DNA of 64,000 nucleotides, taken from Methanosarcinales archaeon (GTDB lineage: Archaea > Halobacteriota > Methanosarcinia > Methanosarcinales > Methanocomedenaceae). Shown one piece after another: positions 1-7,197 of the stretch. The number at the start of each line of letters is the position of its first letter. The first letter of the stretch is position 1. Both the position numbers and the translations under genes were made by a program. Under the pieces are notes generated by a model. That model was not told the DNA's origin and did no database searches. It saw only the letters and a list, made by a program, of their open reading frames with translations. Location of the stretch: the NCBI GenBank assembly GCA_030627385.1, contig DAOUSF010000001.1:12077-76076 (forward strand), given 5' to 3'.

Positions 1-59
1 CCTGAAGATAGACTGGACACAAAATTGTCAAGTTCCTCTTCCAGATCATCTATGGCCAT
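1..59 (-). CDS. hypothetical protein, N-terminal fragment (continues past window start)
   Basis: Minus-strand ATG at 59-57 opens MAIDDLEEELDNFVSSLSS with no stop before the window edge. It lies directly downstream of the 84..242 minus-strand ORF. Confidence 0.25.
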   Translation of the reverse strand, partial: MAIDDLEEELDNFVSSLSS

Positions 60-83
60 TGCTTTGAACTCTTTAATTTTCCA

Positions 84-242
84 TTAAAAAATCACTAACT
101 GTTCGTCTTCAACACCTATGATTATATCCTGATTAATATCCATCACTCCAGCACTGATATCAATGCAATCTATTTCAGGATCTTGTACGTCATTGTTTTC
201 CAATACTTCATCAACCATTATTTTAAATTCTGACCATTTCAT
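84..242 (-). CDS. hypothetical small acidic protein (52 aa)
   Basis: Minus-strand ORF MKWSEFKIMVDEVLENNDVQDPEIDCIDISAGVMDINQDIIIGVEDEQLVIF with GGAGA about 5 nt upstream of the ATG. Too short to appear in the ORF track. Confidence 0.4.
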   Translation of the reverse strand: MKWSEFKIMVDEVLENNDVQDPEIDCIDISAGVMDINQDIIIGVEDEQLVIF

Positions 243-273
243 ATTATCTCCAGTTATCTTCGGTTATCTTCTT

Positions 274-855
274 TTACGCCTTTGTATGGCTCATTATCAT
301 CTGGTAAATAGAGTGATCTTCCATTTCAAGTGCATCCTCTATCATAAGCTCGGTAACAAAATCAGATAATCCTTTACCTGTATCGTGATCCCAATCATTA
401 AGGCTCCTGTATACAAAACGTGTTACCATTTCCTTTATGGTATCCTCTTTGACAGGCAGTCCTTCTTCAATCAAGCTCACTACCTGTTCGGGATCTGATT
501 TAAGAGGTGTTCTGTATAGTATCCATATAGCAATGATATTCTTCTTTATGGTCAAAGATGTTACAATGCCTCTTGGTAGACGGACTGATATTTTGATATG
601 TTGGGAAGTGGGCAAGGACTTAACAAGAGTGCTTTGAACAGTGGAGCCGGTGGAGCCCGTGGAGCCCTGAAGGTCTGGTGGTGCGGAGTCTTGATTGTAT
701 TGCTCCTTGAAACCCTTTTTATAGTCCGACTGTTCTGGGACAGGTGAAGTGGCAATGGTCTTAACAATGGTCTTAACAACCTTCTTACGGTTGTTTGCAC
801 GGCTGACTGGGTTTTGGAATTCAAACTTGTTTTGGAGATTGTTGATACTGTTCAT
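274..855 (-). CDS. hypothetical protein; possible ribbon-helix-helix-like DNA binder
   Basis: 193-aa minus-strand ORF with AAGGAAGG upstream. It contains a GSTGSTGST repeat, and the ISVRLPRGIVTSL segment resembles an RHH beta-strand. It abuts the large non-coding region. Confidence 0.55.
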   Translation of the reverse strand: MNSINNLQNKFEFQNPVSRANNRKKVVKTIVKTIATSPVPEQSDYKKGFKEQYNQDSAPPDLQGSTGSTGSTVQSTLVKSLPTSQHIKISVRLPRGIVTSLTIKKNIIAIWILYRTPLKSDPEQVVSLIEEGLPVKEDTIKEMVTRFVYRSLNDWDHDTGKGLSDFVTELMIEDALEMEDHSIYQMIMSHTKA

Positions 856-961
856 AGGTGCCCTTCCTTGTTAGTTGTGTCTGGTCATACAATACATAAG
901 ATAGACGGCTTTAATTGGTTTGTCAAGAACTTTTTTATAATCATACTACGCAGGGGTCCAA

Positions 962-1050
962 TTCAGTATAGCGAAATAGGCGCGGTACAGAGGTCGGGAT
1001 ACAGCTTTCAGTATTCAGTGGTTCAGTGTGGAGTGGTTGCGGGGTTCAGT
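962..1050. repeat. cluster of five TTCAGT motifs
   Basis: TTCAGT occurs at 962, 1007, 1014, 1022 and 1045, all in the same orientation. Confidence 0.5.
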
Positions 1051-1189
1051 ACTACATGGGACGGGATCTTATGATACTACTTAGGGGTTGGTAAATATTT
1101 ATGATGTGAGAAAGGGCCCCCGGCCATTTTCAGAAAAGGGGTTCCCGCCGCCTTTGGTGATATCATTGTTATCCTCAGTGAACAACCGT

Positions 1190-1451
1190 GGCAGGATGTA
1201 TATATCGTTGGCAGGATGTATACATTGTTTGCCTAATAATAACAATGTTCTGCCCATGATAACAATGTTTATTCTCCTATAACGTTGTTCTGCCTATGAT
1301 GCATGTGTTTATCCTATGATAACATTGTTTAGCCTATAGTTACATTGTTTAACCTATGATAACATTGTTCATCCTATGAGGCATACGTGTAGCCTACGCC
1401 ACTCATGTATAGCCTATGAGGCATACGTGTAGCCCATGATAACATTGTTAT
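1190..1451. repeat. tandem array of about 13 x 20-bp iterons (candidate replication origin)
   Basis: The units read GGCAGGATGTATAYAYYGTT x2, then (G/T)CCYATGATAACAWTGTTYA and GCCTATGAGGCATACGTGTA variants. The 20-bp period is strict and there are no spacers. Confidence 0.85.
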
Positions 1452-1699
1452 TGTATAGTGAACGCCGTTCGGTAGGTGATAGTGTTGTTATTACGATATA
1501 AACAAGGATCTACGATATGAATGGCATACCATCCTGTGTGGGCGTCTATGCAAGTACCGTGCTAAGGCGTATATTTCCTGCCCTTGATATAAGACGCTTT
1601 ATGGGTGATATAAGAGCGGTATATGAGGGACAGGACCACTCACCCAGGCAAAGTCTGAATCTCAATATTCGGTTTTTATCCTATGATATCGGTACTTTA

Positions 1700-1910
1700 T
1701 ATAGGCAGGTTTAGTATAGGCTTATATATCGGTAGGTTACAGTGATTTAGGCAAAGTCAAGGAAATAATGCGGTTTCTATCATATGGCTGAATATTTGTG
1801 GCCGGACTTATATCAAGGCAGACTTATATTGTTAGGCAGGCATAACTATAAGGCGAGGACGGATGTGGCAGATATCGAGGCACGGACTGAGGCAGATATG
1901 ATCCGGCATA
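1700..1910. repeat. dispersed GGCAG/TAGGC short-repeat cluster
   Basis: Examples are aaGGCAGactta, taGGCAGgcata, gtGGCAGatatc, gaGGCACggact and gaGGCAGatatg, spaced about 10-14 bp apart. TAGGCA and TAGGCT copies occur at 1706-1750. Confidence 0.5.
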
Positions 1911-1958
1911 TTTGAGTCAATCAAACGACAATAAAACGCCGTACAAGACAAATCCTTG

Positions 1959-2040
1959 CTGTTTTTACGCTGTTTTAGTGTATTGCGTATATAATCGCCG
2001 GCATTTGATATAAACAGCGTTTAAATAGCACTAAAAACGA
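1959..2040. repeat. copy of the intergenic inverted-repeat / ATAGCACTAAAAACG element
   Basis: ACGCTGTTTTA (1967) pairs with TAAACAGCGT (2011) and is followed by ATAGCACTAAAAACG (2025). The same core occurs at about 5574 and 29336. Confidence 0.5.
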
Positions 2041-2230
2041 TTATTAATGAATATGGCGCGGATATTGCTTAAAATAACAATGTTATCGGTAAAAAAACAA
2101 TGTTAATTAGGCAAAACAGCGTTATTTGCACTCCAATAGCGGTATTTCAACATTTATTTTGCCCTGTAAATAGCCGTATTCATTACATTATTTGAGAAAA
2201 CGCCGCAAATCGCCGCATATGTATGCTAAT

Positions 2231-2260
2231 ATTATGTATTATTATGTATTATTATGTATA
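2231..2260. repeat. 3 x 10-bp tandem repeat ATTATGTATT
   Basis: attatgtatt attatgtatt attatgtata, read directly from the sequence. Confidence 0.8.
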
Positions 2261-2271
2261 AAGCAATTGAC

Positions 2272-2365
2272 AGTGCCTATTCATGGCACTCTTGACTGAT
2301 AATTTATTTTCATTTATCTTTCAGGGTGGGCACTAATTGCCTATCATGGGCACTTAATTGCCTAT
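2272..2365 (+). promoter_or_regulatory. candidate promoter with GGCACT operator sites
   Basis: The palindrome AGTGCC-N7-GGCACT (2272-2290) abuts TTGACT (2292-2297), followed by a 17-nt spacer and TATCTT (2315-2320). Two direct repeats GGGCACT(T)AATTGCCTAT lie at 2328 and 2348. Confidence 0.35.
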
Positions 2366-2629
2366 AACGGAGTTTTACTGCTATCCGGTTCTATTATAGA
2401 TTGAAATCGAACAACAAACGGGACGGCGCATCTGGCGCAACAGGCAACAAAGTAAACGCCGACGCAGGCAACAACATGCACCGCATATGAGGCAGCGGGT
2501 TATGATCTTTGAAAATTTGTAAAATCGGACGTAAAGGCGGGACGCCATTTGGGATGCTCGGAAGAGTTCTTAAAAATCAAGGAAAGTGGTTGATCCAGGA
2601 AAACAAGCCAGTCCGTAGGTGCTATATAG

Positions 2630-3060
2630 AATCGAAGGAAGGTAGGCGCCTTGAAGGAACATAAAAAAAGATTAATTACAAAAACGTAGGTTTTAAGGAA
2701 AAGGTTAAAATAGGACTTAAAGCGTAGGTTTTTGTGCTTAATAACTGATAAAAAAGGAGATTTAAAATGAATTTATGCAAATTGATAGGATACGGACTTG
2801 TTTGGGGAACGGCAGTAAACGTGGCAATTATTTTGATTCTGGCTGGGATGTAATACAAGAAATTCAGGAGAACATGAGAAAAAATGGCTATTTTTAGCCC
2901 AATCCATGTCGACCAAAGGCAGAGTAAGCGATCCAGCAGAGTATAGCCTAATAGGAAATATTGTAGGATAGGCTTATCTTATATAATCTTATAGCTTTTT
3001 TTTAATGAAGGTATAATGAAGGTAGGTTGTATATACAAGGTAGGATGGTAAAGATAATGA
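2630..3060. repeat. dispersed (A/C)GTAGG(T) motif cluster
   Basis: Copies include gaaGGTAGGcg 2640, acGTAGGtttt 2686, gcGTAGGtttt 2733, tGTAGGatagg 2962, gaaGGTAGGttg 3027 and caaGGTAGGatgg 3046. Confidence 0.45.
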
Positions 3061-3115
3061 GGATAAGGCGGTCTTGTTCTTAATAGTCATATAATCGAAT
3101 GAAAAGGAGTAAATC

Positions 3116-3625
3116 ATGGGAAATCTTAAGGATGTTGTAACTGTTGATTGTAAGTCATTTGGCAAAAAAAGTGCTAATTTTAAAAAATGTTTGACCTGTG
3201 AGGATGAGGTGAAGAAGGCCTGCCAGGATGCTTTTATTGCATTAAGTGCCGAAAAAACTGAAGTAAAAGGAACTGAAGTAAAAGAAATTACCAATAATCA
3301 GGAGAATCAAAAGAATCAGGAGATTAAAACAATGAAAAACTTGAAAAATTCCACAAATTCAACAACTGCCGCAACAAATGCAAAAATTGGAAAAGCCCAG
3401 ATGGTTAAGGATATGATCTTTAGCCTCGCAAGAAAAGCCGAATATACTCGGAAAGAATTGGGACAGGCTATTCAAGCTTCCTTTCCTGAGTATAAAAATT
3501 CTACTTTGTCCACTTATATCTCTGATTCGTTTAATGTGAAATATGCAGGAGTTACAGGATGTGGCGCCCATCGGATGTTGTCATATGTCCAGACTGGCAA
3601 GAAAAAAATCATAGTAGTAAGATAA
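3116..3625 (+). CDS. hypothetical protein; C-terminal domain paralogous to the 32379..32948 protein (putative DNA-binding)
   Basis: RBS AAAGGAG. The C-terminus ...YTRKELGQAIQASFPEYKNSTLSTYISDSFNVKY aligns with ...HTKKEIVDEVAPKFPDVTVSTISTFVQDCMNVKY of the 32379 ORF. Confidence 0.7.
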   Translation: MGNLKDVVTVDCKSFGKKSANFKKCLTCEDEVKKACQDAFIALSAEKTEVKGTEVKEITNNQENQKNQEIKTMKNLKNSTNSTTAATNAKIGKAQMVKDMIFSLARKAEYTRKELGQAIQASFPEYKNSTLSTYISDSFNVKYAGVTGCGAHRMLSYVQTGKKKIIVVR

Positions 3626-3637
3626 AATGAACAGGTG

Positions 3638-3680
3638 GGAAGGGCGTCGGTTGTGATGGCGTCCTTCCTCTTAGGTTTCA
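3638..3680 (+). terminator. stem-loop terminator candidate
   Basis: GGAAGGGCGTC (3638-3648) pairs with GGCGTCCTTCC (3658-3668). A T-rich stretch follows, 13 nt after the stop codon at 3625. Confidence 0.5.
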
Positions 3681-3756
3681 TTGTTTTAAGTGTTTATATG
3701 GGTTCTGAAATATTCAGGACGGATATAAGTATTTAAACAATAAAAGGAGATATAAA

Positions 3757-3948
3757 ATGGAAAAAATAACTATTAAGAAGATCGGTCCCTTTACGGATAC
3801 GGAATGTCCTAATGGGCAAAAAGAGTACAATATTTCCGGAGCTGAAAAAATTGTAATGGCTGGATCAGGAACCTGCAGGCGCTGTAAATATTATACTTTT
3901 TTACCTCTGGCAGGAGCGGATACTTTCGGTTGTACTTTCAAATCCTAA
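3757..3948 (+). CDS. hypothetical protein (63 aa, Cys-containing)
   Basis: RBS AAAGGAGA; co-oriented ORF. Confidence 0.5.
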   Translation: MEKITIKKIGPFTDTECPNGQKEYNISGAEKIVMAGSGTCRRCKYYTFLPLAGADTFGCTFKS

Positions 3949-4143
3949 AACGGATCGTAATATCAAGAAAAGGGGGTTGGTTTGAGGACATTTTTGGCAA
4001 TAATTGTGGTGCCTTTCTTGAAAGTATCTGGCTGGAGATTCGGCAAGGATTTCAGGAATGCGGATAGTGGTTGGAAGTTGGTTGTTTATTCGTGTATCAA
4101 TACAGTCCAGGCGAATATCTGGGCAAATTAAAAGGAGATAGAT

Positions 4144-4401
4144 ATGGACCCGAGAATGGAAGAAATTTACGGAAATCCGGATATCGGAATGGAGTGGATT
4201 GGTGAGGCTATTTGTGTGGAACCTGAGATTGAAGTGGAAGAGGATGATTCGGAAAAGGATCTTGTTTGTCTGTTTAAAGGGTGTACGCCAATTAATTCCT
4301 TGCTTGCAAAAATGCAAGAGGATGCGGAGGCTATGACGGCAGAGGAAAGGGAAGTTTATTTTGACGATCTTGACCAGGCCATTGTCCGTCTATGTGATTA
4401 A
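4144..4401 (+). CDS. hypothetical acidic protein
   Basis: RBS AAAGGAGA; 85 aa, rich in E and D. Confidence 0.55.
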   Translation: MDPRMEEIYGNPDIGMEWIGEAICVEPEIEVEEDDSEKDLVCLFKGCTPINSLLAKMQEDAEAMTAEEREVYFDDLDQAIVRLCD

Positions 4402-4461
4402 TTTGATTAAAATCGAAAATGGGTTTAGGAATCCTATTATAAGAAAAGGGGGTTAATTTTT

Positions 4462-4761
4462 ATGAGGAATGGAACAAAGTTTTATCGGACTTCTGGCGGC
4501 AAAAATATCAGGATGAAGGAGCTGGTTTTCCGTGGGGAGAATCTTGCAATTTGTCCGGCCTGTGGAAGTGGGAATGCCATGTTGTCTGGGAGCCGAAAAA
4601 CCAGTGCCACAACGGTTTGCGATTCCTATAAATGCAGGGATTGTGGATTCAAGGTGGATGATCAGGATGCTGTCAAGATTTATACCGAATTGGATAAGCC
4701 CGGAATGGGCAATAATAGCACCTATTCGGAAGTGAGGCGGGCCATTGGTCTTGGAAATTAA
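4462..4761 (+). CDS. hypothetical zinc-ribbon protein
   Basis: RBS AAGGGGG; CPACG...CRDCG Cys pairs. Confidence 0.55.
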   Translation: MRNGTKFYRTSGGKNIRMKELVFRGENLAICPACGSGNAMLSGSRKTSATTVCDSYKCRDCGFKVDDQDAVKIYTELDKPGMGNNSTYSEVRRAIGLGN

Positions 4762-4765
4762 TTCA

Positions 4766-4812
4766 TTATCAGGTGATATAATTCGAGGATTGTGTCGCCG
4801 AATAAGGTGTTA
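4766..4812 (+). ncRNA. conserved intergenic hairpin element, copy 1
   Basis: ttatcaGGTGATAtaattcgaggattgTGTCGCCgaataaggtgttaa. The stem GGUGAUA/UGUCGCC includes G-U pairs. It shares loop and flanks with copies at 6066 and 7052. Confidence 0.55.
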
Positions 4813-4863
4813 ATTTGTTAATTTATAAAGGAAATATAAATTGTTTATAACAGGAGGAAGCCA

Positions 4864-5019
4864 ATGAAATGGTTTTCAATTATTTGTTGGGCAATAGGTA
4901 TTGGTACGTATATCCATATCTATTCAATTCATACGAAAAATACAGATTATCCGACCTTCTTGGAGTTCTGTGGAATGACAATCAAGGCTGTATTTGAAAA
5001 ATGGTTTATGTTCTCATAA
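4864..5019 (+). CDS. hypothetical small membrane protein (51 aa)
   Basis: RBS AGGAGGAA. The hydrophobic N-terminus reads MKWFSIICWAIGIGTYIHIY. Below the ORF-track length cutoff. Confidence 0.45.
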   Translation: MKWFSIICWAIGIGTYIHIYSIHTKNTDYPTFLEFCGMTIKAVFEKWFMFS

Positions 5020-5040
5020 TGAAAAAAAGGGGGTTATTAA

Positions 5041-5238
5041 ATGGGCAAGAAAATTGACCATCGTCCTTACCGGACAAACTCTCCTGGGATATTTATTATC
5101 CAGGATGTGGAGTTAATTGAAACCACTGGTTGTGATAGTGATTATGTGATAAGGTTGAAATGTGGTGATGATCATTATTACCGTTGTTCCTGTGCTATCA
5201 CATTTGAAAAGTCAGGTAAATTTCTAACTATAAAATAA
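5041..5238 (+). CDS. hypothetical protein
   Basis: RBS AAGGGGG; 65 aa. Confidence 0.5.
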   Translation: MGKKIDHRPYRTNSPGIFIIQDVELIETTGCDSDYVIRLKCGDDHYYRCSCAITFEKSGKFLTIK

Positions 5239-5251
5239 GGGGGGGTCAAAA

Positions 5252-5524
5252 ATGTATGAGGATTGTCAATTACCAGAAGATTATAAACCATTGCCTGAGT
5301 GGGTTTCGGGGTGGGGATGGTCTGACCAAAGGAATCATGAAACGTGGTATCTGTTTGATACAATGCCTACCGACTGGATAGAAATTGGGGATTACCATAT
5401 CTGGGTCGATTTCCACATGTCCGCCAGACTCGTTCTTTTCCACGAAAAAAAGATGAGGAAGGAAATGAAGGCTTTTGAGGAATACCGAGACCTGATGGGT
5501 GAACTCCACGGAAGGAATTATTAG
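5252..5524 (+). CDS. hypothetical protein
   Basis: RBS AAGGGGGGG; 90 aa. Confidence 0.55.
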   Translation: MYEDCQLPEDYKPLPEWVSGWGWSDQRNHETWYLFDTMPTDWIEIGDYHIWVDFHMSARLVLFHEKKMRKEMKAFEEYRDLMGELHGRNY

Positions 5525-5540
5525 GAAGATCGTTTTAATT

Positions 5541-5610
5541 GCTGTTTTAAGCGGCTTTTTTAATACTGATATCATAGTACTAAAAAACTTTAAAAAGCCG
5601 TTAAAACAGC
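5541..5610. repeat. long inverted repeat with ATCATAGTACTAAAAA core
   Basis: GCTGTTTTAAGCGGCTTTTT (5541-5560) pairs with AAAAAGCCGTTAAAACAGC (5592-5610). The loop carries tatcatagtactaaaaa. Confidence 0.6.
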
Positions 5611-5681
5611 AAGGTTTTGACTCACAATTGATGGGTTTAATTAATATTGATCTATAAAGCAGAACAAAGGGAGATTTAAAA

Positions 5682-6014
5682 ATGGCAGAAGGAATTATCA
5701 TGGGCAGAATGGACAAGGATTTGATTGATCATGGAATCCTGGCTGAAGGAGAGGTTGACAATGCCTCTCATGGAATAATCTTATTGAACCAATGGGCAAT
5801 TCCACACTTTGATTGGGCCATAATAGTCAGAATAGGAGCGGTAAAAGTAAGTAAGACTACCTCAGAATACCTAATTGGAAGATTGAAGGAACTTTTGCCT
5901 GATCAAACTCGGGAAGTAATGATGCTCTGGCTAAACTATGGGTGGTCAATCAAAGAGGACATGCCTGATTGGCAGTGCTGGATTGACTTTTCCAAAATTG
6001 ATTATAAATCGTAA
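5682..6014 (+). CDS. hypothetical protein
   Basis: RBS AAGGGAGA; 110 aa. Confidence 0.55.
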   Translation: MAEGIIMGRMDKDLIDHGILAEGEVDNASHGIILLNQWAIPHFDWAIIVRIGAVKVSKTTSEYLIGRLKELLPDQTREVMMLWLNYGWSIKEDMPDWQCWIDFSKIDYKS

Positions 6015-6065
6015 ACCTAAATTAAGGGGGTATACCAAAAGGAAAACTATATAAGTTAAGGATTC

Positions 6066-6112
6066 TTATCAGGTAGCATAAATTGAGGTTTGTGCTACCG
6101 AATAAGGTGTTA
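6066..6112 (+). ncRNA. conserved intergenic hairpin element, copy 2
   Basis: ttatcaGGTAGCAtaaattgaggtttgTGCTACCgaataaggtgttaa. The 7-bp stem is perfect and its sequence covaries relative to copies 1 and 3. Confidence 0.55.
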
Positions 6113-6132
6113 ACTTTAAAAAGGAGGATGTT

Positions 6133-6357
6133 ATGGTTTCATTTCCAGGAATGAAAGGAATGATAAAGAGGAAGACTTCTTTTTACGACAGGGAGTTGCA
6201 AGGACTGGTACCAAAAAAGGGTATTAAACCTGAGATCAAGATCAAACTGGCAAATGAGGATAATAAATCCACTAAATGGATGAACCTTAATCTTGATAGT
6301 ATTGAGAGCCTCCAGGCTTTCATTGACATAATCAAGGAAGACTTAGAAGGAGAGTAA
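6133..6357 (+). CDS. hypothetical protein
   Basis: RBS AAAGGAGGA; 74 aa. Confidence 0.55.
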   Translation: MVSFPGMKGMIKRKTSFYDRELQGLVPKKGIKPEIKIKLANEDNKSTKWMNLNLDSIESLQAFIDIIKEDLEGE

Positions 6358-6545
6358 TGGCAGACGTATTCAAGGAATTAGAGGAGACTCATTCCCAAGG
6401 AGTTATCAGTATTGAAACCGTTCCTGATATTGGTGTTATGAATGGTGATCTGGGAATCCAAATTGCACCCGATGGCCGTGTTTGGGTGTGCATTAATGGT
6501 ATAGCATTCCTTAGGTTTAATCCAAATGTCAAATTGAAGGAGTAA
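6357..6545 (+). CDS. hypothetical protein
   Basis: RBS GAAGGAGAG. The start overlaps the previous stop (TAATG). Confidence 0.5.
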   Translation: MADVFKELEETHSQGVISIETVPDIGVMNGDLGIQIAPDGRVWVCINGIAFLRFNPNVKLKE

Positions 6546-6723
6546 AAATTGCATATCTTCAAATTATTGAGGTGGTTATATTCTTATAGGTACCCCGTGG
6601 TGCCCCCAATTAAGGTTATGAATATCAAACCTAAAACAGGCATCTTGAATCGTAAACCAAATACCAATATCAAACAACCCACAAGTAGGGCAGGGTTTAA
6701 AAGAGGAAACAGGAGAAATTAAG

Positions 6724-7047
6724 ATGGAAAAACTGTTCGGAATGCAGAAGATGGAAAACATGACTGACCTTGAGTTTGCAAAATATCTCAAGGCTAAGGA
6801 TCCAAATTGGACTTGGGATTCAATTAATGACTTTAACAGGTTCATGGCACATGGGAAGGTGGTTGCTGTTGTCAAGTACCATAACAGCTATCCCGTTGGA
6901 AGAGTGATCTGGGTTGAAATTGAAAAGAAAGTCAAGAAGGAACGAGAAAAGACAAATACGGACGGGTGTCCTGAATGTGGAAGACCTTTAAAGATGGTGG
7001 CAAGTGGAGTCAGGTGTGATGGTTGTGGGTATGCATTCTGTTTTTAA
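6724..7047 (+). CDS. hypothetical protein with C-terminal zinc ribbon
   Basis: RBS ACAGGAGA; CPECG...CDGCG. Confidence 0.55.
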   Translation: MEKLFGMQKMENMTDLEFAKYLKAKDPNWTWDSINDFNRFMAHGKVVAVVKYHNSYPVGRVIWVEIEKKVKKEREKTNTDGCPECGRPLKMVASGVRCDGCGYAFCF

Positions 7048-7051
7048 TTAA

Positions 7052-7098
7052 TTATAAGGTGATATGATTTAAGGATCGTATCGCCGAATAAGGAATTA
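7052..7098 (+). ncRNA. conserved intergenic hairpin element, copy 3
   Basis: ttataaGGTGATAtgatttaaggatcgTATCGCCgaataaggaattaa. Confidence 0.55.
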
Positions 7099-7119
7099 AA
7101 TTATATTTTTTAAAGGATA

Positions 7120-7148
7120 TTGACTATTACGTTTTTTTATGTAATAAT
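7120..7148 (+). promoter_or_regulatory. class-1 phage promoter, copy a
   Basis: TTGACT-17 nt-(TGT)AATAAT followed by GTGTATG. It belongs to a five-member near-identical family, consensus TTGACTTTTAYGT...TTATGTAATAATGTGTATA. Confidence 0.7.
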
Positions 7149-7197
7149 GTGTATGTAGGATGAAGTTTGAGTAACCGCTCATAAAAAGGAGGCAAAT

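Larger units (their letters stand above)
856..3115. promoter_or_regulatory. about 2.26 kb ORF-poor divergent control region (candidate origin and regulatory hub)
   Basis: It lies between minus-strand genes on the left and the plus-strand gene array on the right. Only short ORFs without RBS occur here, and several different short-repeat families are packed inside. Confidence 0.6.

Noticed and set aside
1021-1075. Possible tRNA, suggested by the T-loop-like GGGGTTCAGTACT.
   Set aside because: I could not build acceptor, D or anticodon stems around it. The motif belongs to the TTCAGT repeat cluster. I recognised no tRNA anywhere in the window by eye, though a tRNAscan-type search is still advisable.
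1190-1451. Possible CRISPR array.
   Set aside because: The repeats are contiguous with a 20-bp period, there are no unique spacers, and the units are degenerate. This is an iteron-type tandem array, not a CRISPR.
3060-3100. Promoter for the first rightward gene (TATAAT at 3090-3095).
   Set aside because: A good -10 hexamer is present but there is no acceptable -35 at 16-18 nt spacing and no TG extension, so I did not list it as a feature.
1088-3294. Track ORFs inside the non-coding hub (1088..1282, 1517..1714, 2676..2858-, 2989..3294-).
   Set aside because: They have no SD sequences and run through tandem repeats. The first is translated directly from the iterons, and the translations are low-complexity.
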